A stretch of DNA of 64,000 bases from Selenomonas sp. (GCA_018052705.1 JAGPMW010000003.1:31451-95450), one strand, 5' to 3'. Counted from the first letter of the stretch, positions 1 to 9,294 are shown. Numbers and translations are program-made. The notes: a model not told the origin generated them from the sequence alone.

Positions 1-127
1 TTAAGAAAATTGCATCATTGAATTCTTTATCGAAGTAACCGTTACCATTAGGAGAAACGTCCCAAAGGATTCCTTGACGCTACTAATCAAAAGGTTGTAT
101 AATCACGGTATCGGGGAAGCAAGAAAG

Positions 128-916
128 ATGAAAACGGGAGTTTTCAGTAAAGGGGAACGTGCGATGGAAGCAGAAGCTAATGCAGAAGAGCTATTCAGAG
201 AACAGCTCTATGGAGAGTTTGAAGATCTCACGGATGAAGAGATTTTGCTCGCAATCAAAGAAAAAAACGACAAGGTCGCACTGGATTATCTGATTAATAA
301 ATATCGGAATTTTGTCCGGGCCAAGGCGCGGTCATATTTTCTGATTGGTGCCGATCGTGAGGACATCATTCAGGAAGGCATGATTGGCTTCTATAAGGCA
401 ATTCGCGACTTTCGAAATGATAAGCTGTCGTCTTTCCGGGCGTTTGCAGAGCTCTGTGTGACGCGTCAGATTATCACAGCCATCAAGACGGCCACACGGC
501 AGAAGCATATTCCGCTCAACTCATATATCTCGCTGAATAAGCCGATATATGACGAAGACTCGGACCGTACGCTGCTGGATGTTCTGGCTGGTGCCAAGGT
601 ATCCGATCCGGAGGAACTGGTGATCAGCCGGGAAGAGTTCATCGATATCGAAAAGAAGATGGAAGAAATCCTTTCCGATCTGGAGTGGAAAGTTCTCATG
701 AGCTATCTCGACGGCAAGTCTTATCAGGAGATTGCTGGAGATTTGCATCGTCATGTGAAGTCGATTGATAATGCGCTGCAGCGCGTAAAGCGCAAGCTCG
801 AGAAGTATATGGAAAATCGCGGGGATGATCTGGATATCGGAACCGTCTACCGGGGGTTGAGTTCTATTAATCGCCGTCTGCGTGGCGTGAGTGATGAGGA
901 CGGCCTGAGCCGGTAA
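128..916 (+). CDS. sigH: RNA polymerase sigma factor SigH (Bacillus SigH type)
   Basis: ORF track 74..916. The protein has SigH-like blocks LDYLINKYRNFVRAKARSYFLIGADREDIIQEGMIGFYKAIRDF, ELCVTRQIITAIKTATRQKHIPLNSY and HVKSIDNALQRVKRKLEKY. The start is ambiguous (TTG 74, ATG 128 or ATG 164). It has about 27 extra C-terminal residues compared with my memory of B. subtilis SigH. Confidence 0.85.
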   Translation: MKTGVFSKGERAMEAEANAEELFREQLYGEFEDLTDEEILLAIKEKNDKVALDYLINKYRNFVRAKARSYFLIGADREDIIQEGMIGFYKAIRDFRNDKLSSFRAFAELCVTRQIITAIKTATRQKHIPLNSYISLNKPIYDEDSDRTLLDVLAGAKVSDPEELVISREEFIDIEKKMEEILSDLEWKVLMSYLDGKSYQEIAGDLHRHVKSIDNALQRVKRKLEKYMENRGDDLDIGTVYRGLSSINRRLRGVSDEDGLSR

Positions 917-963
917 TGGCAGGTTAGGGAATTCATCTGATCATTTTCAGAGAGAAAAATAAG

Positions 964-1006
964 GTGCCTGGATTTGTGGTAATGACCATAGATCCAGGCG
1001 CTTTTT
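964..1006 (+). terminator. Intrinsic terminator after sigH
   Basis: Stem gtgcctggat / atccaggcgc followed by ttttt. Confidence 0.7.
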
Positions 1007-1109
1007 AGTTTTGCAGCGAAATATAAAGATGGGTGAAAAAGATCGTGAAAATCCGGCTTAATGTGATAAATATTATAGCCGGATGTCTTGTTTTAAAGTA
1101 TAATGAAAG

Positions 1110-1230
1110 AAAAATAACTCCGAGCAAAAGCATCTACGGTGTTTCACTGACGCTATGATGCTGCGCCTGGGCTTTGGCCCACAGGGGGACAGGAGAAATC
1201 CTGCCGCCTTCCGTTTTGAAAAGGAGCGTT
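1110..1230 (+). promoter_or_regulatory. Probable molybdenum-cofactor (Moco) riboswitch aptamer upstream of modABC
   Basis: It contains blocks I associate with the Moco RNA motif in the expected order: AACUCCGAGC ... GCCUGGGC-uuug-GCCCAC ... CCGCCUUCC ... AAAAGGAGC. A TATAAT lies at 1099-1104 just upstream and a terminator hairpin just downstream. The genomic context (modA) fits. Confidence 0.6.
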
Positions 1231-1266
1231 GAAAGTGATGTCCACAGGACTATTGTGTCTTGTCAG

Positions 1267-1312
1267 GCTGCTTCTTTGTGCGCGTTTTTCGGGCGGAGAA
1301 GCAGCTTTTTTT
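1267..1312 (+). terminator. Leader terminator (likely expression platform of the Moco element)
   Basis: Stem gctgcttct (1267-1275) / agaagcagc (1297-1305) followed by a T7 run, located 40 nt before the modA start. Confidence 0.7.
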
Positions 1313-1350
1313 CGTGCAAGAAATTATGAATTTCGGGGTGGAGGGTGTTT

Positions 1351-2154
1351 ATGAGAAGATGGATCGTATGGGCTTTGGCAGTTGTCATGATGCTGGCAGC
1401 AGGCTGCAGTGTTCAGCAGGGGAACTCTGCGGGGAATTTGCCAGCATCGAAGGACAGGGCACCACAGGAGCTTCATGTGGCTGCGGCGGCCAGTCTGACG
1501 GATGCGATGAAGGAAATTGCGGCAGGCTATGAGAAAGAGCATCCGGATGTGAAGATCGTATTCAATTTTGGCAGTTCAGGCGCGCTGCAGCAGGCCATCG
1601 AGAATGGCGGCGGGGCGGATCTGTTCTTTTCGGCGGCTCAAAAACAGATGAATGCGCTGGCGAAGGATGGATTGCTGGCTGATGGTACACGCAGGGACCT
1701 GCTGGTCAATGAGGTGGTCCTGATTGTCCCCAAGGACAGTGACATGAAACTCACGGATTTCAATCAGCTGACAGGGGCAGCCGTCGAGCATATTGCGCTG
1801 GGGGAACCAAAAGGAGTGCCGGTTGGCCAGTATTCGGAAGAAGTGTTCACGAAGATGGGAATACTGGATCAGGTGAAGGCGAAGGCGGTCTATGGCTCGG
1901 ATGTGCGTCAGGTCCTGTCCTGGGTGGAGACTGGTGATGCAGACTGCGGCGTGGTCTATGCGACGGATGCGGCAGTGTCTGATCGGGTGAGGGTCGTTGC
2001 CAAGGCACCGGCCGATACGCATAAACCGATTATCTATCCAGCGGCAGTGCTCAAAGATTCAAAGCAGCCTGGGCTGGCGGATGATTTTCTGACTTATGTG
2101 TCGGGGGAGGCCGGCAAGGCGGTATTTTCGAAGTTTGGATTTGAGGTAAGGTAG
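1351..2154 (+). CDS. modA: Molybdate ABC transporter substrate-binding lipoprotein ModA
   Basis: ORF 1345..2154, with ATG 1351 preceded by GGTGGAGGG. Lipoprotein signal MMLAAGCS. ModA-like blocks include AAAASLTDAMKEI, FNFGSSGAL and VYATDA. It is followed by modB and modC. Confidence 0.85.
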   Translation: MRRWIVWALAVVMMLAAGCSVQQGNSAGNLPASKDRAPQELHVAAAASLTDAMKEIAAGYEKEHPDVKIVFNFGSSGALQQAIENGGGADLFFSAAQKQMNALAKDGLLADGTRRDLLVNEVVLIVPKDSDMKLTDFNQLTGAAVEHIALGEPKGVPVGQYSEEVFTKMGILDQVKAKAVYGSDVRQVLSWVETGDADCGVVYATDAAVSDRVRVVAKAPADTHKPIIYPAAVLKDSKQPGLADDFLTYVSGEAGKAVFSKFGFEVR

Positions 2155-2156
2155 AG

Positions 2157-2828
2157 ATGGAACTATCCCCGCTGATTATTACATTGGAGACGGCGGTGGT
2201 CGCGACAGTGGTGACGTTTTTGGCTGGTATCGGCCTGGCGCTGGCAGTGGTCCGGATGAGACACTTTCAGGGGCTCGCCGATGCCATTATTACGCTGCCA
2301 ATGGTGCTGCCGCCGACGGTGGTTGGTTTCTTTTTGCTGCTGTTTCTGGGCCGGCGCAGTGCTGTGGGACGGTTCCTGCTGCAATTTGATCTATCGCTGG
2401 TCTTTACATGGAAGGCGGCGGTTATTGCTGCGGTGGTCGTCTCGCTGCCGTTGATGTATCGTACGGCCCGTGGGGCATTTGAGCAGCTTGATCCGAATAT
2501 CCTGGCTGCAGCCCGGACACTTGGCGTATCCGAATGGCGTATCTTCTGGCGGGTTCTGCTGCCCAATGCCCGGGCTGGGATACTGGCTGGACTGGTGCTG
2601 TCGTTTACGCGGGCGCTGGGTGAGTTTGGAGCAACCATCATGTTTGCGGGCAATATCCCGGGGACGACCCAGACGATGAGTACGGCTATCTATGCGGCGG
2701 TGCAGGCAAATGACTATGATCTGGCTTTTGACTGGGCGGCTGCGATTGTGCTGTTCTCGCTGTTCTTTGTGGTGCTTATGAATTGGTGGATTGCAAGATT
2801 GGCGAAGGGGGCCCTGCGATGGAGCTGA
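2157..2828 (+). CDS. modB: Molybdate ABC transporter permease ModB
   Basis: ORF 2157..2828. Polytopic membrane protein with the ABC permease EAA-like loop AARTLGVSEWRIFWRVLLPNARAG, lying between modA and modC. Confidence 0.85.
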   Translation: MELSPLIITLETAVVATVVTFLAGIGLALAVVRMRHFQGLADAIITLPMVLPPTVVGFFLLLFLGRRSAVGRFLLQFDLSLVFTWKAAVIAAVVVSLPLMYRTARGAFEQLDPNILAAARTLGVSEWRIFWRVLLPNARAGILAGLVLSFTRALGEFGATIMFAGNIPGTTQTMSTAIYAAVQANDYDLAFDWAAAIVLFSLFFVVLMNWWIARLAKGALRWS

Positions 2829-3862
2829 TGGTAAATATTCGGAAAAGGCTCCGGGATTTCGAACTGGCCGCTGATTTTATGGTCCGCGATGAAGTGTTTG
2901 CGCTGCTGGGGGCTTCGGGCTGCGGCAAGAGTATGACGCTTAAGTGTATTGCGGGGATTGAGCAGCCGGACAGCGGTCGGATTGTACTGGATGGAAGGGT
3001 ACTCTATGACAGTGAGGCCGGCATCAATCTGCGGCCGCAGCAGCGGCGGGTAGGCTATCTTTTTCAGAACTATGCGTTGTTTCCCAATATGACGATCGGT
3101 GAAAATATCCGTTTTGCCGCCAGTGGCAGCCGTGGGCAGCGGGAGCAGAAGGTGCAGGAGAATCTAAGGCGTTTTTCATTGGCAAAGCTTGAAGGTGCCT
3201 ATCCGCACGAGCTTTCTGGTGGACAGCAGCAGCGGGCTGCCTTCGCCCGTATTTTGTCGTCGGATGCCGGGCTGCTCTTGCTCGATGAGCCGTTCTCAGC
3301 GCTCGACAGCTATCTTAGGTGGCAGCTGGAGCTGGAACTATCAGAGGTGCTGCAGGCCTACGATGGGATGGCACTGCTGGTCTCGCATGATCGTGGTGAG
3401 GTCTACCGCCTTGCAGACCGGGTGGCCGTAATCGATCGTGGGAAGATGGAGATGGCCTACACGAAACACGAGTTATTTCAGCATCCGGATACGCTGGCGG
3501 CGACGCTGCTGACGGGCTGCAAGAATGTCAGTCTGGTGCAGCGTGTGGACCAGCATCGTGTCATCGCCGATGACTGGCAGCTGGAACTGATGACGGAACA
3601 GATCGTGCCGGATAAGGTACGCTATGCGGGAATCCGGGCCCATTATATCGAGGTAAAGGCCGCGGCAGGCGTGAATACGTTTTGTATGGAAGTCATGAAA
3701 GTCATCGAAGATACCTTCTCTTATCTCATCATGGTCCGCCGCCAGGGAACGCAGGCGAAGCCGATTCGCTGGGAGCTTGACAAGTCCGCCTGGCATAGCA
3801 TTGCTGCCGCGCAGCTGTACCTGTACTTCCCGCCCGACAAGATCATGCTTATGGAGCATTGA
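2819..3862 (+). CDS. modC: Molybdate ABC transporter ATP-binding protein ModC (with C-terminal TOBE-like domain)
   Basis: ORF 2783..3862. The likely start, ATG 2819 (MELMVNIRK), overlaps the modB stop. Walker A GASGCGKS, signature LSGGQQQR and Walker B LLLLDEP are present. Confidence 0.85.
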   Translation: MELMVNIRKRLRDFELAADFMVRDEVFALLGASGCGKSMTLKCIAGIEQPDSGRIVLDGRVLYDSEAGINLRPQQRRVGYLFQNYALFPNMTIGENIRFAASGSRGQREQKVQENLRRFSLAKLEGAYPHELSGGQQQRAAFARILSSDAGLLLLDEPFSALDSYLRWQLELELSEVLQAYDGMALLVSHDRGEVYRLADRVAVIDRGKMEMAYTKHELFQHPDTLAATLLTGCKNVSLVQRVDQHRVIADDWQLELMTEQIVPDKVRYAGIRAHYIEVKAAAGVNTFCMEVMKVIEDTFSYLIMVRRQGTQAKPIRWELDKSAWHSIAAAQLYLYFPPDKIMLMEH

Positions 3863-3866
3863 AATT

Positions 3867-3904
3867 GAAAAGGAAGCCTTGCAATATAGCAGGGCTTCCT
3901 TTTC
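3867..3904. terminator. Bidirectional terminator between convergent modC and the MCP gene
   Basis: Stem gaaaaggaagccttgc / gcagggcttccttttc with A/T runs on both sides. Confidence 0.75.
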
Positions 3905-3913
3905 AGGTGCTGA

Positions 3914-5098
3914 TTAGAATTTGAAGCTGTTGAGCGAGGTTTGTAGTTGTTCAGCCAACTTGGATAAAGATGTGCTGGCTGAAGCAATTTCGGTGGAAGA
4001 GGCGGACTGTTCTTCCGTGGATGCTGATACGGTCTCCATTTCTGACGATACCGATTTTCCCTGATCACCAATTCTGGTGACCTGAAGTGATATATTGTCG
4101 GCATCAGTGCTGGCGGAGCGGACCGAGGTTGTCATCTGCTTGACTTCCCGGCTGACTTCCTTAACCAGGGATTCAATCTGCTGGAATGCTTCACGGAGTT
4201 TTTCTACCGACTCGGCACCGGCATCGACCGTGGCACGTCCATTTTTCATGGCATTGACCGCCAGGCTGGTGTCCTGCTGGACACTGGAAATCAAGGTCGC
4301 AATCTGTTGGGCAGCCTGGCCAGATTGTTCGGCCAGTTTGCGGACTTCATCAGCTACCACAGCAAAGCCATGTCCATGCTCACCGGCGCGGGCGGCTTCG
4401 ATGGCTGCATTGAGGGCCAGCAGATTCGTCTGATCGGCAATATTAGATATTGTTTCGACAATCGTACCGATTTCCTGGGAACTTTCACCCAGACAATCGA
4501 CCATTTGAGCAGATTCCTGAACGCTTTTTGCGCCATCGTGAATCTGGCTGACGGTGCTGTCGATGACCTGAGCTCCGTTAGTTGCATGAAGGGAAGCGGT
4601 GTCGGCGCGGTCGGCTACGCGGCTGGCCTGTTTGTTGATGGAATCGACGGTACTGCTGATCTGCTGGACAGCGGTACTGCTGGATTCAACGGCTGACTGC
4701 TGCTCAATGACAGAACTGGCAGCATCGGTGACTGACTGGGCAACCTGATTGGAGGCCTGTGCTGATTGCTGTGAACTGGCGGTCAGTTCCTCGCTGGCGG
4801 CGGCAATCTGTTGGGCGCTGTCATGAGTCTGGCGCATGAGATGGTTGAGATTATCGCGCATTTTTATGATGACATCAGCCATTTGGCCGAACTCATCGCC
4901 GCGGTCAAGTTCTCTCGGCGTGAGGCGGAAATCCCCAGCACCCAGACGCTGGCAAGCCGCCATCATGGTTTGCAGCGGATTAGTGATGGCTTTGGTGATC
5001 CAGATACCAATAGCTGCCAGCAGTGCTAAAGCAACAAGTGAGAATAAGATCATCGCCGTACCAGCGGCGGCAGAAGCCGCCTGGATTTGCTGATACAA
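3914..5098 (-). CDS. Methyl-accepting chemotaxis protein, N-terminally truncated (one TM + HAMP + MA signalling domain); possibly a pseudogene
   Basis: ORF 3914..5098 (394 aa, TTG start). The protein begins 13 residues before a single TM helix ([21 protein letters not shown]). This is followed by HAMP ([19 protein letters not shown]) and the conserved MCP hairpin core [40 protein letters not shown]. There is no TM1 or ligand-binding domain and no promoter or RBS upstream. Confidence 0.75.
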   Translation of the reverse strand: MYQQIQAASAAAGTAMILFSLVALALLAAIGIWITKAITNPLQTMMAACQRLGAGDFRLTPRELDRGDEFGQMADVIIKMRDNLNHLMRQTHDSAQQIAAASEELTASSQQSAQASNQVAQSVTDAASSVIEQQSAVESSSTAVQQISSTVDSINKQASRVADRADTASLHATNGAQVIDSTVSQIHDGAKSVQESAQMVDCLGESSQEIGTIVETISNIADQTNLLALNAAIEAARAGEHGHGFAVVADEVRKLAEQSGQAAQQIATLISSVQQDTSLAVNAMKNGRATVDAGAESVEKLREAFQQIESLVKEVSREVKQMTTSVRSASTDADNISLQVTRIGDQGKSVSSEMETVSASTEEQSASSTEIASASTSLSKLAEQLQTSLNSFKF

Positions 5099-5253
5099 TG
5101 ATTCGGAATTCTGCGCATGAGCATCTGCAGGTCAAGCGGATCGATGAGGCGGTCCTGCGGACCCGGCTTGTCGCCATCTGGCGACGGGACCGCTATCTTT
5201 CAACGGCCGGGGAGAAGTTTCTGGAGGCATTAGGAATGGAGGAGGCAGTATAA
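5098..5253 (+). pseudogene. C-terminal remnant (about 50 aa) of a LysR-family transcriptional regulator
   Basis: The tail of ORF 5023..5253 reads [37 protein letters not shown], which is a typical LysR substrate-domain C-terminus. The HTH and the first ~250 aa are absent. It abuts the 5' end of the truncated MCP gene. Confidence 0.6.
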
Positions 5254-5294
5254 ATAATGAAATGGAGCACGCTGCTCTGAGTCTGCTGTAAAGG

Positions 5295-5328
5295 AAAAGG
5301 CTGCCGCATTTTCGTGTGGCAGCCTTTT
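5295..5328. terminator. Bidirectional intrinsic terminator
   Basis: Stem aaaaggctgcc / ggcagcctttt. A second small hairpin cacccg-gta-cgggtg lies at about 5335-5351. Confidence 0.7.
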
Positions 5329-5367
5329 GGCTCTGCACCCGGTACGGGTGTAATCTCTCATATTTTG

Positions 5368-5796
5368 TTATGCCTGGGCCGCTTTGGCGCTGGCAAGCTC
5401 CTGGCGCAGTCCGTCGTAGAATTTCACCAGGCCGTCAATGATGGCCGCACGGTTTTCTTCGCCGATGTTCACCTGTTTCTTGAGTTCGCGGGTGGTCTCG
5501 ATGATGTTGCCGATGGTCAGGATGTAGTTGTATTCGTCTTCGAGGACCTCGGCAGCATCGAGTGGCGGCAGGCAGGCTACTTGCTGACTCAGCTTGTCGT
5601 ATTGAGTGCTCAGGAGTTTAAGATTTTTTTTCTGAGTCAGTGCGAGATCGAGGTTCTCGGCGTTTACCCGGCTCAGTGCGGTGTTTATTTTGTCACGCAG
5701 GGCATGCATATCGCGGATGCTTTTCTGCAGCACCGTGATATGCCGGCGCATTTTATTGGCTTCAGCCGGACTCAGGTTGATTTGTTCGTCGTTCAT
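5368..5796 (-). CDS. Hypothetical coiled-coil protein (142 aa)
   Basis: ORF 5368..5796. The composition is helical and heptad-like (ITVLQKSIRDMHALRDKINTAL..., LKLLSTQYDKLSQQV). I recognise no motif. It has its own terminators downstream. Confidence 0.5.
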   Translation of the reverse strand: MNDEQINLSPAEANKMRRHITVLQKSIRDMHALRDKINTALSRVNAENLDLALTQKKNLKLLSTQYDKLSQQVACLPPLDAAEVLEDEYNYILTIGNIIETTRELKKQVNIGEENRAAIIDGLVKFYDGLRQELASAKAAQA

Positions 5797-5917
5797 TGTT
5801 TACATCTCCTCATAAAGTCTGATAGAATCTATTGTAGCATATCGTTTGACAAGTTTGCTACAATATTAAATAGGTTAGGAACTGAAATTCGGTAGATAGA
5901 GTTTCTGGGAGATCTGA

Positions 5918-6790
5918 ATGATAACGATTGATAAACTAACAAAGAAATTTCCGCATAAGACGAAGTCTGGGGCGAATCGGGATAAGACGGCTGTTGATGA
6001 GCTGTCGCTTTCGATTGGGCCGGGCGAGATATTTGGGCTTCTGGGCCCAAATGGTGCGGGTAAGACGACGACAATCCGGATGCTGACGATGCAGACACGG
6101 CCGACAAGCGGCCGCATCCTGTATGCGGGAAAGGAGCTTGCGACGCACGGTGCGCTGCTTAAGAGTGCCATTGGCGTGGTGCCGCAGCATGTGAATTTCG
6201 ATCAGGACCTCACGGTTGGTGAGAATCTGGAACTGCATGCCCGGCTGCATCATATGGCGCGTCCAGAGCGGCAGGCGCGGATACAGGAGCTGCTGGCTTA
6301 TATGGAATTGGCCGATGTCGTGAATGATGGAGTCCGTCGGTTGTCCGGCGGCATGAAGCGCCGGCTGCTGATTGCCCGTGCGCTGATTCATCGGCCACGG
6401 ATTCTGTTTATGGATGAGCCGACAGTGGCGCTTGACCCGCAGGTGCGGCGGCGGATCTGGGAGCTGATCCGGCAGATGGCAAAGGATGGTGTGACCGTGT
6501 TTCTCACGACGCATTATATTGAAGAAGCTGAGAGTCTCTGTGACCGGGTGGCTATCCTCAACAGGGGGCGGCTGGTGGCATTGGATACGCCGGCGGCTTT
6601 TTGCGATCAGCTGGGCCGCTTTACGGTGGAATGGGATGGGGCATCTGGACGCGAATATCATTTCTTTGCCGAGCAGCATGAGGCGGCGTCGTTTGCCGGT
6701 GAGCAGCAGGCGGCCGGTGGCATCCTGATCCGGCCGACAAATCTGGAGGATGTATTCATCGAGCTTACCGGACGAAAGGAGGGGATCTGA
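5918..6790 (+). CDS. ABC transporter ATP-binding protein (ABC-2/DrrA-like exporter type)
   Basis: ORF 5918..6790. Walker A GPNGAGKTT, signature LSGGMKRRL and Walker B ILFMDEPT. It is coupled by ATGA-type overlap to the permease gene. Confidence 0.85.
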   Translation: MITIDKLTKKFPHKTKSGANRDKTAVDELSLSIGPGEIFGLLGPNGAGKTTTIRMLTMQTRPTSGRILYAGKELATHGALLKSAIGVVPQHVNFDQDLTVGENLELHARLHHMARPERQARIQELLAYMELADVVNDGVRRLSGGMKRRLLIARALIHRPRILFMDEPTVALDPQVRRRIWELIRQMAKDGVTVFLTTHYIEEAESLCDRVAILNRGRLVALDTPAAFCDQLGRFTVEWDGASGREYHFFAEQHEAASFAGEQQAAGGILIRPTNLEDVFIELTGRKEGI

Positions 6791-7527
6791 TGCTGCAGGA
6801 TATCTGGACGGTATTTTGGCGGGACTGGGTTGTGCTGAAGCGGCGGCTGACCAAGTTTATCCTGTCGCGTATGGTGGCACCGATTCTCTATCTGGTGGCC
6901 TTTGGCTGGGGACTCGGACGCAGTATTCAGGTCGATACTGGTACCTATCTTGACTTTCTGGTACCGGGCATCCTCGCACTGAATTCGATGAATATCAGTT
7001 TCAACAGCATTACGCCTGTGCACGCGGAGCGGATCTATCATAAGAGCCTCGAAGAGTATATGATTGCGCCGATCTGGCCGGATGCGTTTGTGATCGGCAA
7101 GGTGCTTGCCGCGGTGCTGCGCGGGCTGATTTCGTCGGGGATCATCGTGCTGCTGGCGTTCTTGTTTGGGGCTCATATTGCGTTGACGCCGCTGTTTCTG
7201 CTGGTATTGGTGCTGAACTGCATCATCTTTGCAGAGATCGGTTTTCTTGCCGCGATGAAGATCAACACCTATGAGGAAATGAGCCAGGTTAATACCTATA
7301 TTTTGTTGCCGATGTCCTTCCTTTGTGGGACATTCTTTGCAACGCAGTCCCTGCCAATGGTGCTGCGCTATATCATCGAGCTGCTGCCCCTGACACATAC
7401 CAGTTATCTGCTGCGTGGACTGGGAAGCGGCAGCGAGGTAGCCCTGTCATCGGTGCTGGTACTGATCGTTTATGCAGCAGCGGGGCTGCTGCTTGGCAGC
7501 CGTGCGTTCCGGCGGCTGACGCGTTGA
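6790..7527 (+). CDS. ABC-2 type transporter permease
   Basis: ORF 6790..7527. A six-TM style hydrophobic protein directly after the ATPase, with start overlapping the ATPase stop. Confidence 0.8.
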   Translation: MLQDIWTVFWRDWVVLKRRLTKFILSRMVAPILYLVAFGWGLGRSIQVDTGTYLDFLVPGILALNSMNISFNSITPVHAERIYHKSLEEYMIAPIWPDAFVIGKVLAAVLRGLISSGIIVLLAFLFGAHIALTPLFLLVLVLNCIIFAEIGFLAAMKINTYEEMSQVNTYILLPMSFLCGTFFATQSLPMVLRYIIELLPLTHTSYLLRGLGSGSEVALSSVLVLIVYAAAGLLLGSRAFRRLTR

Positions 7528-7560
7528 GCGCGCAGTTGTTGATTTTAAGGAGTTTTAATT

Positions 7561-8379
7561 TTGTTCAAGACAATCATGCACCATCGTGCCTCGTCCTGTG
7601 AGGATTGCGCGAAGCTATGCTGTACGAAAATTGAAGATTTCACGGTCCGGATCGGACGGGTGACGATCTTTGAAGATGTCAACATTCATATCCATTGCGG
7701 TCAGCTGACGGCACTTATTGGCCCGAACGGTGCGGGAAAGAGCACGCTGCTGAAGGCATTGCTCGGTGAGATCCCGCATCAGGGGAAGCTTCACTACGTG
7801 GATGCCAAGGGCAAGCACACCGGGCATCCGGTAATCGGCTATGTGCCGCAGTATCTGCGTTTTGATGTCAGCGCGCCGACCAGTGTCATGGATATTTTTA
7901 TGGCCTGTCTGTCGAATAAGCCGGTCTGGCTGTGTTCGGCGAAAGCCCTGCGGCCACGCGTGCTCAAGAATCTTGAACGCGTCCACGCAGAGCATCTCAT
8001 CGATCGCCGTCTTGGTGCCCTGTCCGGTGGTGAACTGCAGCGTGTTCTGCTGGCACTGGCCATGGACCCGCTGCCGGATCTGCTGCTGCTGGATGAGCCG
8101 GTCTCTGGTGTCGATCAGAATGGGCTGGAGCTGTTCTATGAGATCCTGGCCGATCTACGGGAAAAAGAAGATATGGCCATCATTCTGATCTCACATGATC
8201 TCAATATGGTTGCCAAGCATGCTGATCAGGTGGTGCTGCTCAATAAGGGGGTCATCACTAACGGTACTCCTGCTGAGGTGTTCAGCGATCCGCGTACGAA
8301 GAAGATATTCGGGATGCTGGCTGGCGAGGATACCGCGGAAGTGTGCGGCGGGATTGTGAAAAGTGAGGTACAGGACTGA
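7561..8379 (+). CDS. Metal (Zn/Mn-type, ABC-3 family) ABC transporter ATP-binding protein
   Basis: ORF 7561..8379 (TTG start). Walker A GPNGAGKST, LSGGELQRV and LLLLDEP. It resembles ZnuC/MntB-type ATPases and is followed by an ABC-3 permease. Confidence 0.75.
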   Translation: MFKTIMHHRASSCEDCAKLCCTKIEDFTVRIGRVTIFEDVNIHIHCGQLTALIGPNGAGKSTLLKALLGEIPHQGKLHYVDAKGKHTGHPVIGYVPQYLRFDVSAPTSVMDIFMACLSNKPVWLCSAKALRPRVLKNLERVHAEHLIDRRLGALSGGELQRVLLALAMDPLPDLLLLDEPVSGVDQNGLELFYEILADLREKEDMAIILISHDLNMVAKHADQVVLLNKGVITNGTPAEVFSDPRTKKIFGMLAGEDTAEVCGGIVKSEVQD

Positions 8380-9221
8380 TGGATGTTATCTATACGGCCA
8401 TGAATGTGCTGCTGCCGTTTGAATGGGCCAGCCATGCTTTTATGAAAAATGCGTTTTTGGCCATCCTGCTGGTCACACCGCTGTTCGGACTGTTGAGCAC
8501 GATGGTGGTCTCAAACCGCATGGCGTTCTTCTCGGATTCGCTGGGGCATGGAGCCTTTACGGGTATCGCCATTGGCGTGCTGTTTGGTTCGGTGTCGCCG
8601 CTGATGTCACTGCTGGCCTTTTCCGTAGTGTTTGCTCTTTTCATCACCTATATCAAGAGCAAGAGCACGGCTTCGACGGATACCATCATCGGCGTGTTTT
8701 CGTCGACAGCGATTGCGCTGGGGCTTATGATTATGAGCTATGGCGGCGGTTTCAATAAATTTTCGTCCTTTCTCATCGGCGATGTGCTGAGCATCACCGA
8801 TGATGACCTGCAGGCACTGGTTATTGTGTTTGTGCTGGTGATCATTGCCTGGGCATTGCTGTTCAACCGGCTGCTCGTGCTGTCTATCAATTCATCCTTT
8901 GCCCGCAGCCGCGGAATTTCGACTTTTGGGGCGGAGGGGCTGTTTGCGGCTATCCTGGCAGTAGTCGTATCCATCAGTATCCAGTGGGTTGGCATTCTGA
9001 TTATCAATGCACTGCTGGTCCTGCCAGCTGCTGCCGCCCGTAATGTGACACGCAATGTCAAACAGTATCATGTCGTATCCGTGCTCATTGCGCTTTTCGC
9101 TGGCTTTACCGGGCTGATCCTGGCCTATTATTTCAATATGGCAGCTGGTGCGACAATCGTCGTATTGTCGGCGGCAATCTTCTTTTTCACGTTGATCCTG
9201 AAGTCTTATTTTATCCGATAA
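8379..9221 (+). CDS. Metal ABC transporter permease (ABC-3 / ZnuB-like)
   Basis: ORF 8379..9221. Polytopic protein with typical ABC-3 blocks (FMKNAFLAILLV, FFSDSLGHGAFTGIA, LLVLPAAAARN). Confidence 0.75.
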   Translation: MDVIYTAMNVLLPFEWASHAFMKNAFLAILLVTPLFGLLSTMVVSNRMAFFSDSLGHGAFTGIAIGVLFGSVSPLMSLLAFSVVFALFITYIKSKSTASTDTIIGVFSSTAIALGLMIMSYGGGFNKFSSFLIGDVLSITDDDLQALVIVFVLVIIAWALLFNRLLVLSINSSFARSRGISTFGAEGLFAAILAVVVSISIQWVGILIINALLVLPAAAARNVTRNVKQYHVVSVLIALFAGFTGLILAYYFNMAAGATIVVLSAAIFFFTLILKSYFIR

Positions 9222-9294
9222 AAAGGATATTCCCCCCAAAAGGCGAATGAATAGCAATGACAAGTGGTGTTATTTGATAAAGGGGGAATATGGG

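Noticed and set aside
1260-1532. 90-aa ORF overlapping the riboswitch terminator and the modA start
   Set aside because: It overlaps a terminator hairpin and lies in a different frame from the well-supported modA gene. It has no RBS.
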